64,000 nucleotides of DNA, taken from Eledone cirrhosa (lineage: Eukaryota). Below are positions 48,057 to 59,815 of the stretch, in pieces. Location: assembly GCA_964016885.1 (NCBI GenBank), contig OZ024741.1, positions 158,906,001 to 158,970,000 of the forward strand, read 5' to 3'. Every line of letters begins with the position of its first letter. Position 1 is the first letter of the stretch. The position numbers and the translations under genes were made by a program. Below the pieces are notes generated by a model, which did not search any database, was not told the origin of the DNA, and saw only the letters and a program-made list of their open reading frames with translations.

Positions 48057-48082
48057 TTCGTATATTATATTATATATAGATT

Positions 48083-48690
48083 CAAGGCAGACCTGTTTGA
48101 TTTTTATCACATCTGGGCAGAGGATGTAGAAACATATAATGTAGAGGAAAAGTGGGAGCTTCTGCAAAACAATTTGCTGAAGGATTGTGTCTGATGCAAG
48201 GCCCCAGAAAGATTGAGAGTAACATGATAGTAGAGCAGTTGAAGCAATTTAAGTTAAGAAACAGGTATGGAGGACTGGAAGAATGGGGCAAGCAGGGAGT
48301 TATACAAAGATACAAGGGAAAAAGCTAGGCACCAGGTTCACCTAGCCAAAAGTGAAGTAGAAAGTAAGAACTTCACATGGGGCTTAGGGCCATGATGACC
48401 AAAGGTGTGTGTTTTAGATTGCAAGGCAGTGTGCCAGGGACAATCAAAATATTGTTGGGGAGAAGTGTATCTGTAAAGACAGTGGTACACTTGCCTTTAC
48501 CAATGCTAAAAAGAAAGAAGTGTGGAAGTGCCACTATGAGAGACAGTTGAATGAAGAGAATGCATGGGAGAAGGAGGAGCTACCCAAGAGGATCCAACTG
48601 AAGGGCTGCCCATTCAGGTTAGCAACAGTATGGTAATTAAAACAATCAAGGATATGAAAATGGTCAAGGCAGATTTGTCACATAGGTAGT
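48083..48690 (+). mobile_element. Decayed RTE-type LINE internal fragment (between endonuclease and RT)
   Basis: VFRIARQC.RDNQNIVGEKCI, KKEVWKCHYERQLNEENAWE and V.KTIKDMKMVKA resemble the RTE linker region. Confidence 0.65.
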
Positions 48691-49829
48691 AAATCAGGTT
48701 ACAGGATGGAGTCATACCCAATTGCAGGAAATAGGTTGGCAAAGGAAGGATTACTAAAGAAGAGGAAACAAGAAGAAACAAATCCCCAGGAGCTTTTATG
48801 TGATTGATTGATTTACTAGAAATAGCAGTCAAATCTGCCACAGATCTCATCCTACTGCTTTGAAAAAAGGGCCTACTGGATAATGTAGCCCAAGATAAAG
48901 CATATGTTTATGATCAGAGTTGGCTTGGGAATCAACAATAGCAACTAATGAGAAATTTGAAGCGAAAATTATTTAGAAAGAAAGATGAAAGTATCACTAA
49001 ACAGATTTTACAGGCAAAACCAACTGGCAGGAGACCGAGGAATAGACCCTGAGTAAGATGGTTGGATAACATCCATGAGTTTGGCTAGTCTCACTTAGGG
49101 ATCCAGTTGGATCAGTTGGAGATGCTTGCTTCTGACAGAATCCACCGGAAGGAGTGTTTGAGGATTCTTCCCCCCACGACCCTCTCAGGAATAAGTGGGT
49201 GAAGAAGATGAAGATGAAAGTAGAGTTGGAAAGAAGTTTAAAAATAAAAGGTTAGTGTTTGGTGGTTGGGAGTTGGTGGTTGGGAGTTGGTGGTTGATAG
49301 TTAGTGGTAGAAAGAATAAAATGTAAAATAGGAAAATATAAAGAAAGAAGAGAAAAAAAATTGAAAAGTGAGGAGTGGCAGGAGTTGGAGGCTGTTAATT
49401 GGGGGTTGGGAGCTGGAGGCTGTTCGTTGGTGGCTGGAAGTTGGAGGCTGTTGGTTGGGAGTTGGAGGCTGTTTGTTGGTAGCTGGGAGTTGGAGGCTCT
49501 TAGATGGTGATTGGATGTTGAAGGTTGGTAGTTAGTGGTTGGAAGTTGAAGGCTGGTAGTTGGTGGTTGGTGGTCACTAGTGTGTGGTTAGTAGCTGGTA
49601 GTCACTAGTGTGTGGTTGGGAGTTGGGGGTTGGTGGTTAATGGCTACTAGATGGTGGTTAATTATTGGTTACTAATTAGTGATTGGTGGTTAGTGATAGT
49701 GATTGGTGATTAGTGATAGTTATTGGTTGCTAATTAGTAGTTTGTGATTAGTGGTAGTTAGTTTTTGGTTGCTAATTAGTGGTTACACAGGTGTTAGTGT
49801 TTAATAATAGGGAGAAAACTGTGACCTAC

Positions 49830-49922
49830 ATGTAATCTGCCATGAAACAGCATTTGGATTTATGAGAAAGAAGATGCTCTTGTAGCAGACTGGCTTGACA
49901 AGGCTCTATAGCAGAATGTCTT
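49830..49922 (-). CDS. Candidate alternative symmetric phase-2 exon: RHSAIEPCQASLLQEHLLSHKSKCCFMADY
   Basis: Long pyrimidine tract ending ctacaccag|, donor AT|gtaggt; 93 nt, open in the required frame. No conserved motif. Confidence 0.35.
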
Positions 49923-50614
49923 CTGGTGTAGGGAAACAATGGAGAGGAAAATATATATGGGAAAGGAAAGAAAGAAAAAAAAAATCAAATAAAAAAAGAA
50001 ATAACAATAATGATGATAAGAACAACAGCAACAATGTGTATGTATGAATCTATAACTTCTGATGGATGGCGTCATAGAGATGCTATAGTGACATACGACA
50101 TGTCCTGAGCACTTTAAACTTGGCAGAGCACTTCCTCTCTCTAGGTCAGCTGATTTCTTCCAGAGAGCATGATAGAGAGGAAGTAATCATAGGCACATGG
50201 CTGGATAGTTCAAGAGAGAGGCTAGTTGGTTAAATCGACCCCAGTGCTTGACTGGTACTTTATTTTATTAAATCCAGAAGGTAAAGTTGACAATAATGAT
50301 TTCTTTATCAAACACGTGAGTTTACAAAAATATCAAGAATAGTATAGGATAATAAAATGTGGGTTTACATGAGAAATAATAATGGTTTCTTTCTTAACAA
50401 TAATAAAACAAAACAAAACTGATGCAGTAGACTTCCAGAAGGAGTCTGTACTCCCTCCACTCCCACAACACACACACAGTGTTGCACACACCTCAAGAAC
50501 ATGAACGAGCATCTGGCAATGCAGTAGGAACTTGCATGAAACGATTAAAGAAATGATGATGGTGATGATGATCATGATGATGACGACAACGACAACAACA
50601 ACAACAACAACAAC

Positions 50615-50810
50615 AATAATTGTTTCTACTATTGGCACAAGGCCAGCAATTAGCCAGCGCATTACTGGTACTTTATTTTATCGACCCCGTAAGGATGAAA
50701 GGCAAAGTTAACCTCGGCGGGATTTGAACTCAGAATGGCAAGGGCCGTAACTCTATGCGTCAAAGCATGGCGTCCGACACTCTACCGATACTGCCAATCC
50801 ACTGCCCTAC
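50615..50810 (-). mobile_element. SINE copy
   Basis: Nearly identical to 23930-24100. Confidence 0.8.
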
Positions 50811-51614
50811 AACAATAATAATATTTTTGGTTCAAAGTTGTTCTTTCCCTTTTTTAATTCTTCCAGGAGAGTAAGGTGTTTTCTCCATTCAATGATGTTT
50901 TGCTCAATAAATGTTTTTTTTTAGTAACCGCACAGGACTCACATCACAAAAACATTAAGGACGGCAAACCTGCTCAGTTGTTTCCAACTGTAAGACAGTT
51001 GGAAACATCTGAGCGTATTTGCAAGGCTTTTACACCATCCTCCTCTATCTGTTCCAGCATGTGTCTAATATACCATTCTAGTCATCCACTTACACAAGAT
51101 GTTTGTAGTGGAACTACGTCATACCTCACAATAGCAACATTTCATATGCAATTCGGTTAAACAGACCAATGGTACCTCGCGTATGAATACATTGTCACCT
51201 TCTCATGAAAACCACTGCACACGAAAACACAGAGATGAAACAGACAGGGAAGATGTAAAGACTTATTACAGGTTAACTCCTGCTATATTCCTTACATAAT
51301 CCTGTTAGAAGGAATAGAACAGTTATCGACAAACCATGTTCTACATTGCAACAATTGTTCTTCTAAGGCCTATCTGCTATTTGAGATATTCTGTTGTCTG
51401 TATGGAAAATCAACTTTCGACAATAAATTTATATTTATAGAGGATTGAGCGTTAAAGAGACATTTATTTATATCCTGGAAGTCAGAAGCAACAAACTCAT
51501 CGACTAAGGTATTTTTCTTATAATCGTTTGTAAAAACAAGATCCTTGGAAGATTTCAACTTGTAGTTGTAAAAAGATATAAGTAATATTTAACTCCTCAT
51601 TCTTCCTATATGTT

Positions 51615-52820
51615 CTTAGAATGGTCTTCAGGCACCTGAAGAAATCAGGCTGTCCTGCATCTATTGGGGCATAGATGGCCACTGGCCTGAAGGCATGTCT
51701 TTCACTGCTGATCGTGTCCAGCACCATCAACTTACCTTTTAGGTCCAGGAAGATGATCTGTATCGTGAGATCCAAACCTTTCTGAAACAACACAGCAATT
51801 CTGCCTCAAGATCCCAGATCTTGGAGATGCATACACTTCATACCAGCTGAGAATGGGTGTGAAGGCCTTGGAAATTCTGGTCTCACTGATGGTAACCACA
51901 TAGATGTTCAGTAACCTGAGCTCATTGAGTATATGGCTCTGCTTCCAAGATGACCCTAGGCCATGTGCATTTATACTGCCTACCATGTTCAACAAAGAGG
52001 AATAAAATGTGAGAAGGGCTACTTCAATTGTATGGAGGAAGGATGGTTGATCCATCCCTCAGGCCAATTGTAGGCACCTCCACAAGAATATCCCTGTATG
52101 TTTGTTTGGACATCATCCCTAGGAAATCTCCAATTGCATCAGGGAATTTTTGTTTCATTTCAGTGTACGTGTGTTGTGTGATTTGTGTTATCTGTATGTA
52201 TGTGGGTAGTGCGATCTTTTTTGGTGGGTTATGTAGTCGTTTTCTGTAATTGTGGTGTTGTGCTTTATGTGATACATTAGCTTTCTGTTGTTAGTGTTTA
52301 CGGCTGTGTGATTCATGTGGTTTGCTTATTTTTGTTGGATTTGGATTAGTTGTTGTGGATGTGAATTTGATTCTGTTTGGGATATTGTTGATTGTGTTGA
52401 GGGTTGTGATAGTTGTGATGGTGGTGACAGTGAGGTTGGTGTTGGTGCTAGATGACTTACAGATTAACTCTTTAGCATTTGCATCACTCTATATTTACTA
52501 TTATATTTTCACAGTAAAGGCTTTATCAACATAATTATCTCACATAATATTGAATCTGAGATTTTGATATTATTTATTTTGAGAACAATACCTTAACATT
52601 GGTATGAGTGGCCGGTTTGAAGAGAAAGAGGTGAGAGAATTCTGGCCGGATACAGCCAGTTTAAATGCTAAAGAGTTAAGCTTTTTTTTTTTATTCACCT
52701 TTTTTTTTCAAGGGTGAAGACGGGGAGTTTCTCTTTCTTTTTGTGGTAGATGACTTACACCCTCATCACAATCCATGTGTGACATTGGGGAGTGGTGAGC
52801 ATTTCTCCCATGGGCGTTGG

Positions 52821-52851
<31 letters not shown>

Positions 52852-54050
52852 AGTCGTGCTTCTGTTGCTAATGTTGTTGTTGGTGTTCCTGCTGTCACTG
52901 ATGATGTTGATGATGCTGCAGGTATAGCATACTGTCATTGTTGTTGATTTTGTTGAGGCTGTGTTGTAAGTAGTAGCAGTTGCTTCTTATCTAATATATT
53001 TTTAGGAACAGAAGACTCTTAGGTGACTTATGGCCCTACACAAATGGCACTTTTGTTTTTTTTGCCTTCAATAATTATTCTCAGCTCCATCCCTTTGGGC
53101 AGCTGCATTAGGTTAGGGATTTCTTTTCTATCTGTTTTGGCTTCATCTGAAGCAGAATCTCTAGGTCTATCCCAGATGTTTAGGTTTCATGAAACTCCCA
53201 GTATCCTCAGCCTGACGGTTCTCTTTGAGAGGTTCCTCAAATATAGGACAAACTCTTCACTTCAATGGGGACCACTGAATGTTTTTTGTGTGAGGTCTTC
53301 ACTTTTGAAGAAGAACTTGACACTGGAAAACTGTCTTGCTCTTTGTATGTGGGCCACATCTGCCATTATGTTTTTTGGAGCCTTCTCCACTTGAATAACT
53401 GTGGCGGGTTTGGCTCGCAAGGTTCATAGAAAACCATTTTGTTTTACTCTTCTGCCACTATTTCATGTGGCATCATTATTGCTTCAAATTTTATGATCTT
53501 TTTGGCTTGAGCCAAGTCAGTCTTTGTTTTTCAGTATTAACGGAAGCATGTCTTTTCTATATGTACTTGCGATGTCCAAAAACGTTTTTTCTTGTTGTGT
53601 TATTGTTGGTATTATTAAATTTTTCATTTGTTTGCTGTTGTTGTTGTTGCTTTTGTCACTGCTGTCATTGTTGTTGGAGTTCATGTTGTTGCTTGTGTTG
53701 TTTTTGATGTTTATGGTGTTGCTATTCTTTGCATCAATGTTTTTGTTGTTTTGGTAGTGGTGTCGTTGTTGTCGTTGTTGGTGGTGAGGATGTTAGTAGT
53801 AGTGTTTTTTTTGTGTTAATTTTATATTGTTGTTCTAGTGAATGCGATGGCAGTGTCAACATTTTTAAAAGTGGAAGTTGACTTCATACTTTTCTTTTGC
53901 AAAGTTGTTGTTGCTGCTACAACTGTTTTTTTCTGAACCTTGGCTGTTCCATCTTTTCTCCTCTGCCATGTTTATTATTATTTTTTTTTTAATGACAGCG
54001 TTTTGTGAAAAGAAATACAAATTTAGCCCTTAAGGGCTCCAGATAAGGAG
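51615..54050 (-). mobile_element. Decayed L1/Tx1-type LINE 5' part (ORF1 remnants and APE endonuclease N-terminus), interrupted by a MITE
   Basis: MVGSINAHGL...ILNELRLLNIYVVTISETR and D.KGKLMVLD....AFR.VAIYAP match the APE endonuclease start. The upstream extent is approximate. Confidence 0.65.
52464..52679. mobile_element. piggyBac-type MITE with TTAA target duplication
   Basis: ttaaCTCTTTAGCATTT...AAATGCTAAAGAGttaa; body matches 32720-32935. Confidence 0.9.
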
Positions 54051-54214
54051 AAACCAGCCAGCTCCCTGGTTTAACCACAAAACAATATATAATATTCAGA
54101 CAAAAATGTTTTAAAAATACGTAAATGAACAATGAACTTACTCCAACAATATCTACTACGTCTCAAGAAACTCAACAACAACAACAATAACAATAACAAT
54201 AACAATAATAATAA

Positions 54215-55148
54215 TGATAATAATAATAATAATGCTTTCTTTATTAACCACAAGGGTTGACATAAAGTAGACATTAAGGACAGTACAGGACAATACAGGA
54301 CGGTACAAATGGGCATTTCTGATGTAAAAAAACCCAAAAAACAGAGGATGTAATAAAAAGAACAATGAAGAATTCCCCAATAGGGGGGAGACTTCTAAGG
54401 GCCATCGTGGAGAAAGCCCATTAAAAAAAGCAACGGTAACCCTGACCACCAGGACAAGTGTCCTCTCCCAGTTTTCCACCTTCAGTTTACAGGCATATAC
54501 TCAGAGTAGGCCCATTCACTCGGGCCATTCTTGCCTCTCTCACCCATCTGTCAACAAAATGCTGGAAAGAGAGCACTTCCCTCTTTACCCTGATTTTCCT
54601 TTTCGAATGAAATTTGAAAAAGTTAATCAGGGCATCACCGAAGAGGTAAGTGCTCGTCTTCAGCCCTTTCAGATGCATCCACCATACTATCTCTTTCGCC
54701 ATGGCCACCAGACAGATAAAAACTGCATGCCCTTCCTGGCTAAAGGAAGAGGGCGGGGAAATCCTCACGATGGACTCAGCTGATAGCCGGATCAGTTCTA
54801 CACGCGACAGCAGGTGTTCGACATAAACCCACAAGTCAACAATGCTCGGACACTGAACGAATGCATGCAGGACGGTTTCGTCGCCCAGCATGCATCTCGG
54901 ACATGCCCGGCTGATGGCACTTCCGTGCCTGTAGAGTTTATCCCGAACTGGCAAAGCTCCTCGGTATAACTGCCAGGCCAGGGATTTCTGGAAATTGTCC
55001 ATAGGCCCCGGCCCGAAAGTTCTTCCAAAGAGATTGGCTAGTTGATTTTCGTTGACGCCTAGAGTTTCCCCAAGCACATCGTCGCTCTTCCCCTCCACTA
55101 ATCCTCTATAGAACGCCAAGGTGAAGTTTCCACCGATCACATTGCCCG
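54215..55148 (-). mobile_element. L1/Tx1-type LINE 3' fragment (zf-RVT C-terminus, 3' UTR, (TTA)n tail)
   Basis: LAWQLYRGALPVRDKL...CPRC...ETVLHAFVQC is a zf-RVT-type CCHC motif. A second 3'-end copy lies at about 55445-55560. Confidence 0.88.
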
Positions 55149-55691
55149 ATAATAATGATAATAATAATAATGGTTTCTGATTGAGGTACAAGGCTAGCAA
55201 TTTTGGGGGAAGGGGGAAAGTTGATTAAATCAACCCTAGTGCATGACTTGTACTTTATTTTCATCCCCACGGGGTCAATAAAGTAAAGCACCAGTAATAT
55301 ACTGGGGTTGATTTAATCGACTTCCCTCTCCCCTAAAAATTGTTTGCCTGGTGCCTAAATCAGAAACTATTATTATTATTATTTTATCTTTACCAATTTA
55401 GTATAACAAAAACAACATTAATAAATTGATAATGATAAAATAATAATAATAATAATAATGATTTCTTTATTAACCACAAGCGTTTACATAAAGTAGACAT
55501 TAAGGACAGTACAGGACAATACAGGGCGGTACAAATGGGCATTTCTGCGTGTAAAAAAATAATAACAACAATAATGAGAATATTGAAAAGTAACAGCCAC
55601 ACAGATAGGCACAGGTCCTGAACTATATATACAGTAAATAACAACAGCAAATATATTGGTAAGATCAATGAATAAAAGTTGGGGTATTTAC

Positions 55692-55724
55692 CTGGCATTC
55701 AGTCGTAGTGCTGAGCTGCTGTGT
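55692..55724 (-). CDS. MCF2L: Probable RhoGEF exon upstream of the DH domain: HSSSALRLNA(R)
   Basis: ttgttatttgtag| and CAG|gtaaat; 33 nt, symmetric phase 2. Its terminal AG plus the first G of exon 42514 gives the expected Arg of R-H-V. Confidence 0.6.
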
Positions 55725-56300
55725 CTACAAATAACAATAGAAAAATGGAAGAACAACAAGTTAACAGACAATCCAAAGTACCCATCATAACCACAGGGTT
55801 AAGGAATTGGGGTGGATGAGATGGGATGATACTAGACTTAGTTTCTGGGGTAACCTTCTATATTAGTTGTTGTAGTACTTGTTGTAATAGTAGTGGTTGT
55901 ACTACTGCTGCTAGCTGCTTTTTTTTCTTTTCTTTTCTTTTCTTTTCTTTTCTTTAATTTTAAAATATATTTTGTATTATTTCTTTACAATGAAATACAC
56001 TTTGTAAAACCAATGCTTGTCTGTCACATATTGCCTTTGTTGTACTAATACATCTCGTAGCAGTAATACTACAGTAGTAGTAGTAGTAGTAGTAGTAGTA
56101 CTACTACTGGTGCTGCTACTATGACTACAAATGGTAGTTACTAATTAACAACATGCCAGTTGTAGTAGTAGTAGTTGTTGGGATGGTAGTGGTAGTAGTT
56201 GTTAACAATGTACTAGTGATGTTATTAATACTACTACTACTACTGATAGTTACTTAGTAGCAGTATGGAAGTATACTGGTAGTGTTAAGAAATATATATA

Positions 56301-57874
56301 TCATCATCATCACCGTTTTACGTCCGTTCTTCCACGCTAGCATGGGTTAGACGGGTTGTCTTGTTGTGAGCAGTGTCCGGTCGGCTGACCTTGTCTTGCT
56401 CATACAGGAACTGATTCTGGCTTGATTTCTACAGCTGGATGCCCTTCCTAACGCCAACCTCATTTACAGTGAGTGCTGGGTGCTTTTTTCCATGGCGCCT
56501 ACACGTCCACTTTGCAGTGGAAGGGGGTGGGGGCATATTGTCTATATGCTTCAGCTTCGGCTTGTTCCTGCGGGGGGTCGGGTCTTCTGTATTACTGCGT
56601 GACGCCAGAGGTCACGGTCATGTGTCATCACCCTTGAGAGGTGCAATTGGGTAAGGTTGGCCTTTATCACCTCATCCCAGGTCTTCTTGGCTCTCCCCAC
56701 TCTGCAGCTTCCATCTACTTCTAGTGTTCTGCACCTTTTTATGCAGCTGTCATCCTTCATACGCATCACATGTCCATACCAACGCAACCGCCTCTGCTGC
56801 ACACAGCATTTGATTCCTCTGATGCTCAGTCTCTCTCTCAATTCGTTTATACTTTGCCGTTCGCGTATATTACTATTACACAACCATCAGAGCTGGCAAG
56901 CTTCGTTTCTTTCTAATCTGTGCAAGTCTTCTACAGACAGCGCCCAGGTTTCACTTCCATGTAACATTGGTGTTCGTATATACGCATCATACAGTCTGTC
57001 TTTCATTTTTAGGGAAAAGCCTTTTGCAGCTAGTAGTGGCAGTAGCTCCCTGAACTTCTTCCATCCCGTTCTTACCCTAGGTATTGTACTTTCCGAACAC
57101 CCACCTCCGCTGCTAATTCGGTCACCTAGGTAGCAGAAGCTGTCTACTGTTTCTACAGAGCCCTCCCAGACTTTGGTGCTGCTTGTTTCCTGTGGCTGTT
57201 TCCTGTGGCTGTTTGCGCAGCTGCTACATATGAAGCCTACATTCTTAGTTAAACTTCCTGAGATCCCACTACATCTCTTGTGTACCCATTGTTTGCATTT
57301 GGGGCAGAGGATGGAGTTCCTACCTACACCTTTCCTACATACTGAGCAAGGCCATTTCCCTGAGGGAATCTGGATTCTGTTTTCTTGTCTACTTACAAGA
57401 ACTTTAGTCTTTGTCAGGTTAACTTAGAGACCCTTTATTTCTAGTCCCTGCTTTCTTCTCTAGTTCCACCATGGATTCAGCTATAAGTGCGAGATCATCC
57501 GCATACAGGAGTTCCCATGGGCATCCAGTCTTAAACTCCTCCATTATTGCCTGCAAAACTATATTGAACAGGAGAGGGCTAAGAACAGAGCCCTGGTGGA
57601 CACCGACCTGTATGCTAAATTCCTTGCTATAGTCATTGCTAACTCTAACTTTGCTGACTGCTCCTCTATACATGGCTTGTATGGCTTTCACAAGCCATTC
57701 ATCTACTCCTAATTTTCTAAGAGCCCACCAGATATTAGCACGGGGGACTCTGTCGAAGGCTTTTTCCAGATCGACGAATGCCAGGTAGAGCGGCTTACTT
57801 TTAGCTAGGTACTTTTCCTGTAACTACCGCACAAGGAAGAGGGCATCAGTGGTGCCTTTTCCTGGTACAAACCC
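56301..57874 (-). mobile_element. 5'-truncated RTE-type LINE (RT with LLYADDL, PHD-like insert, subfamily B 3' UTR)
   Basis: LYLAFVDLEKAFDRVP, VGVHQGSVLSPLLF, WELLYADDL, WPCSVCRKGVGRNSILCPKCKQWVHKRC, RRLRWYGHV; (GAT)n tail. Confidence 0.94.
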
Positions 57875-58096
57875 AAATATATATATATACACACACACAT
57901 ATATGTATATATACACACATACACACACACATATATATATATGCACGCACACGCACATATATGTATATATATATATACGCATGTATATATATATGCATAT
58001 ATATATATATATAAAACCAAGGTTAACAACTTACATTCATTCCTTTATTTCTATGTCCATTTCAGAATGGTTACAACAGTACTCTACTATAATCAT

Positions 58097-58151
<55 letters not shown>

Positions 58152-58154
<3 letters not shown>

Positions 58155-59439
58155 GATGTGGACGATATTTGTTCGCAATTTTTAACTGCTAATTTTATGC
58201 AAATTCTTTTTACTTCCGTTGTCACTCTTGTCTTCATAAAAACAGTGACTGTATTTCCATTATTTATTTTCAGAATAATTGATTATGAATAATTTTGAAC
58301 CTCCAAATTTGTGGAAGAGACACCTGAGTTCTTCTTGGAATCCGTGCCAGGAGGACAAATAAGGAAATTTCAGACTTTCTCAGCGTCAGCAGGAGAATGG
58401 TGGAAAAGGTCAGAAAGGAATTGGAAGATTCAGGATTCGACTACGAAGCAACATCAGAGAGGAAAACACATGATCGACGATCTGACGCCTTCAGAACGCC
58501 CAAGTTCGTCGCTGAAGTTCAGGATATCGTCAACAATGAACCTAGCAAGTCGATGTGTGCCATTGCAAGGGAGAAAGGCATGGATGAATAGCTCATTAGG
58601 CTGGTGGTACATGAAGACATTCGCTACGTTTCATACAAGATGAGGAAAGGACAATTTCTGTCAAAGGCGATGCAAGAAAAACGACTGAAGCACGCAAAGA
58701 AGCTGATCAACAAGTTGAAACACCCACTGGAGCCAGACATGCTGTGGTTTTTCTCCGATGAGAAAAACTTCTGCCAAGACCAGAAGATCAACTCCCAGAA
58801 CAACAGGTGGCTCGCTGTCTCATCCAAAGACGTGCCCAGAGTCATGCAGACAAAGTTTCCAACGACAACATTGGTCTTAGGTGTCGTCAGCAGTCAAGGT
58901 GACGTCATGCCACCTCACTTCTTCCCTGAGGGCCTCAAGCTGAACACCGATGGCTACATCTGCGTTCTGAGCGAGGTAGTAAAGCCCTGGATCGATCAGG
59001 TAGCTGTGGCAGCAAGACTCAGCACCCTGCCATACCAGCTGAAAGACCCAAGTCTGGCTGTCAGAGAACTTTGTCAACCACACTTCACCTGACATCTGGC
59101 TTCCCAGATCGCCTGACTGCAACCCCTTCGACTTCTTTGTGTGGGGTGCAGTGGGACGAGACACCAACAGATCTAGCTGCAATACGAAAGACGATCTGAA
59201 GGCCAGGATCACAAGTGCCTTTCGGAGCCTAAGTCGGGGGACAGTGACGAAGGCCTGTAGCCGGTTCCGAGGCCACCTTGAGGCCGTCATCAAAACCAAT
59301 GGCGGGTTTATTGAGTGAGATCGAAAGAACAAGTCATGATGACAAACTGACCTAAGTTTGATAAATATATCTTAAAAAATAAAACTACTGTGTTATTTTT
59401 TCCTAGGCAATAATTTTGCGAACAGATATCGTCCGCACC

Positions 59440-59442
<3 letters not shown>
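58152..59442 (+). mobile_element. Tc1/mariner superfamily DD37D (maT-type) transposon, 1291 bp, with pseudogenised transposase
   Basis: TIRs CAGGATGTGGACGATATTTGTTCGCAA / TTGCGAACAGATATCGTCCGCACCCTG inside (TA)n. FFSDEKNF, WQQDSAPCH and SPDCNPFD motifs, with 37 codons counted between the 2nd and 3rd Asp. Frameshifts and an internal TGA. Confidence 0.95.
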
Positions 59443-59480
<38 letters not shown>

Positions 59481-59669
59481 CATCATTTCATTTTACGTCC
59501 GCTTTTTCCCTGCTTGCAAGGGTGGGACGGGAACTGATTCTGGCTTGATTTCTACAGCTGGATGCCCTTCCTAACACCAACCTCATTTACAGTGAGTGCT
59601 GGGTGCTTTTTTGCCGTGGCACCTCCATGACCACTTTGCAGTGGAATGATAGGGACCCCAGTCCCTATC

Positions 59670-59815
59670 ATCTCATTTCTACAGCTGAGTAAACTGGAGC
59701 AATGTGAAATAAAGTGCCTTGCTCAAGGAAACAACACATCACCCGGTCTGAGAATTGAACTCGCAACCTTTCGATTGCAAGGCCAATGCTCTAACCACTA
59801 AGCCATATGCCTCCA
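59670..59815 (-). mobile_element. tRNA-derived SINE 5' part
   Basis: Minus strand: A box TGGCTTAGTGG, B box GAGTTCAATTC. Confidence 0.85.

Noticed and set aside
51290-51558. Coding-looking minus-strand frame with a TAG at 51372-51370 that could be recoded by editing, ending at an AT|gtaagg donor
   Set aside because: No homology or motif support; stop recoding would be pure speculation.
59670-59815. tRNA gene
   Set aside because: A and B boxes are present, but the sequence continues into a repeated SINE body found several times in the window.
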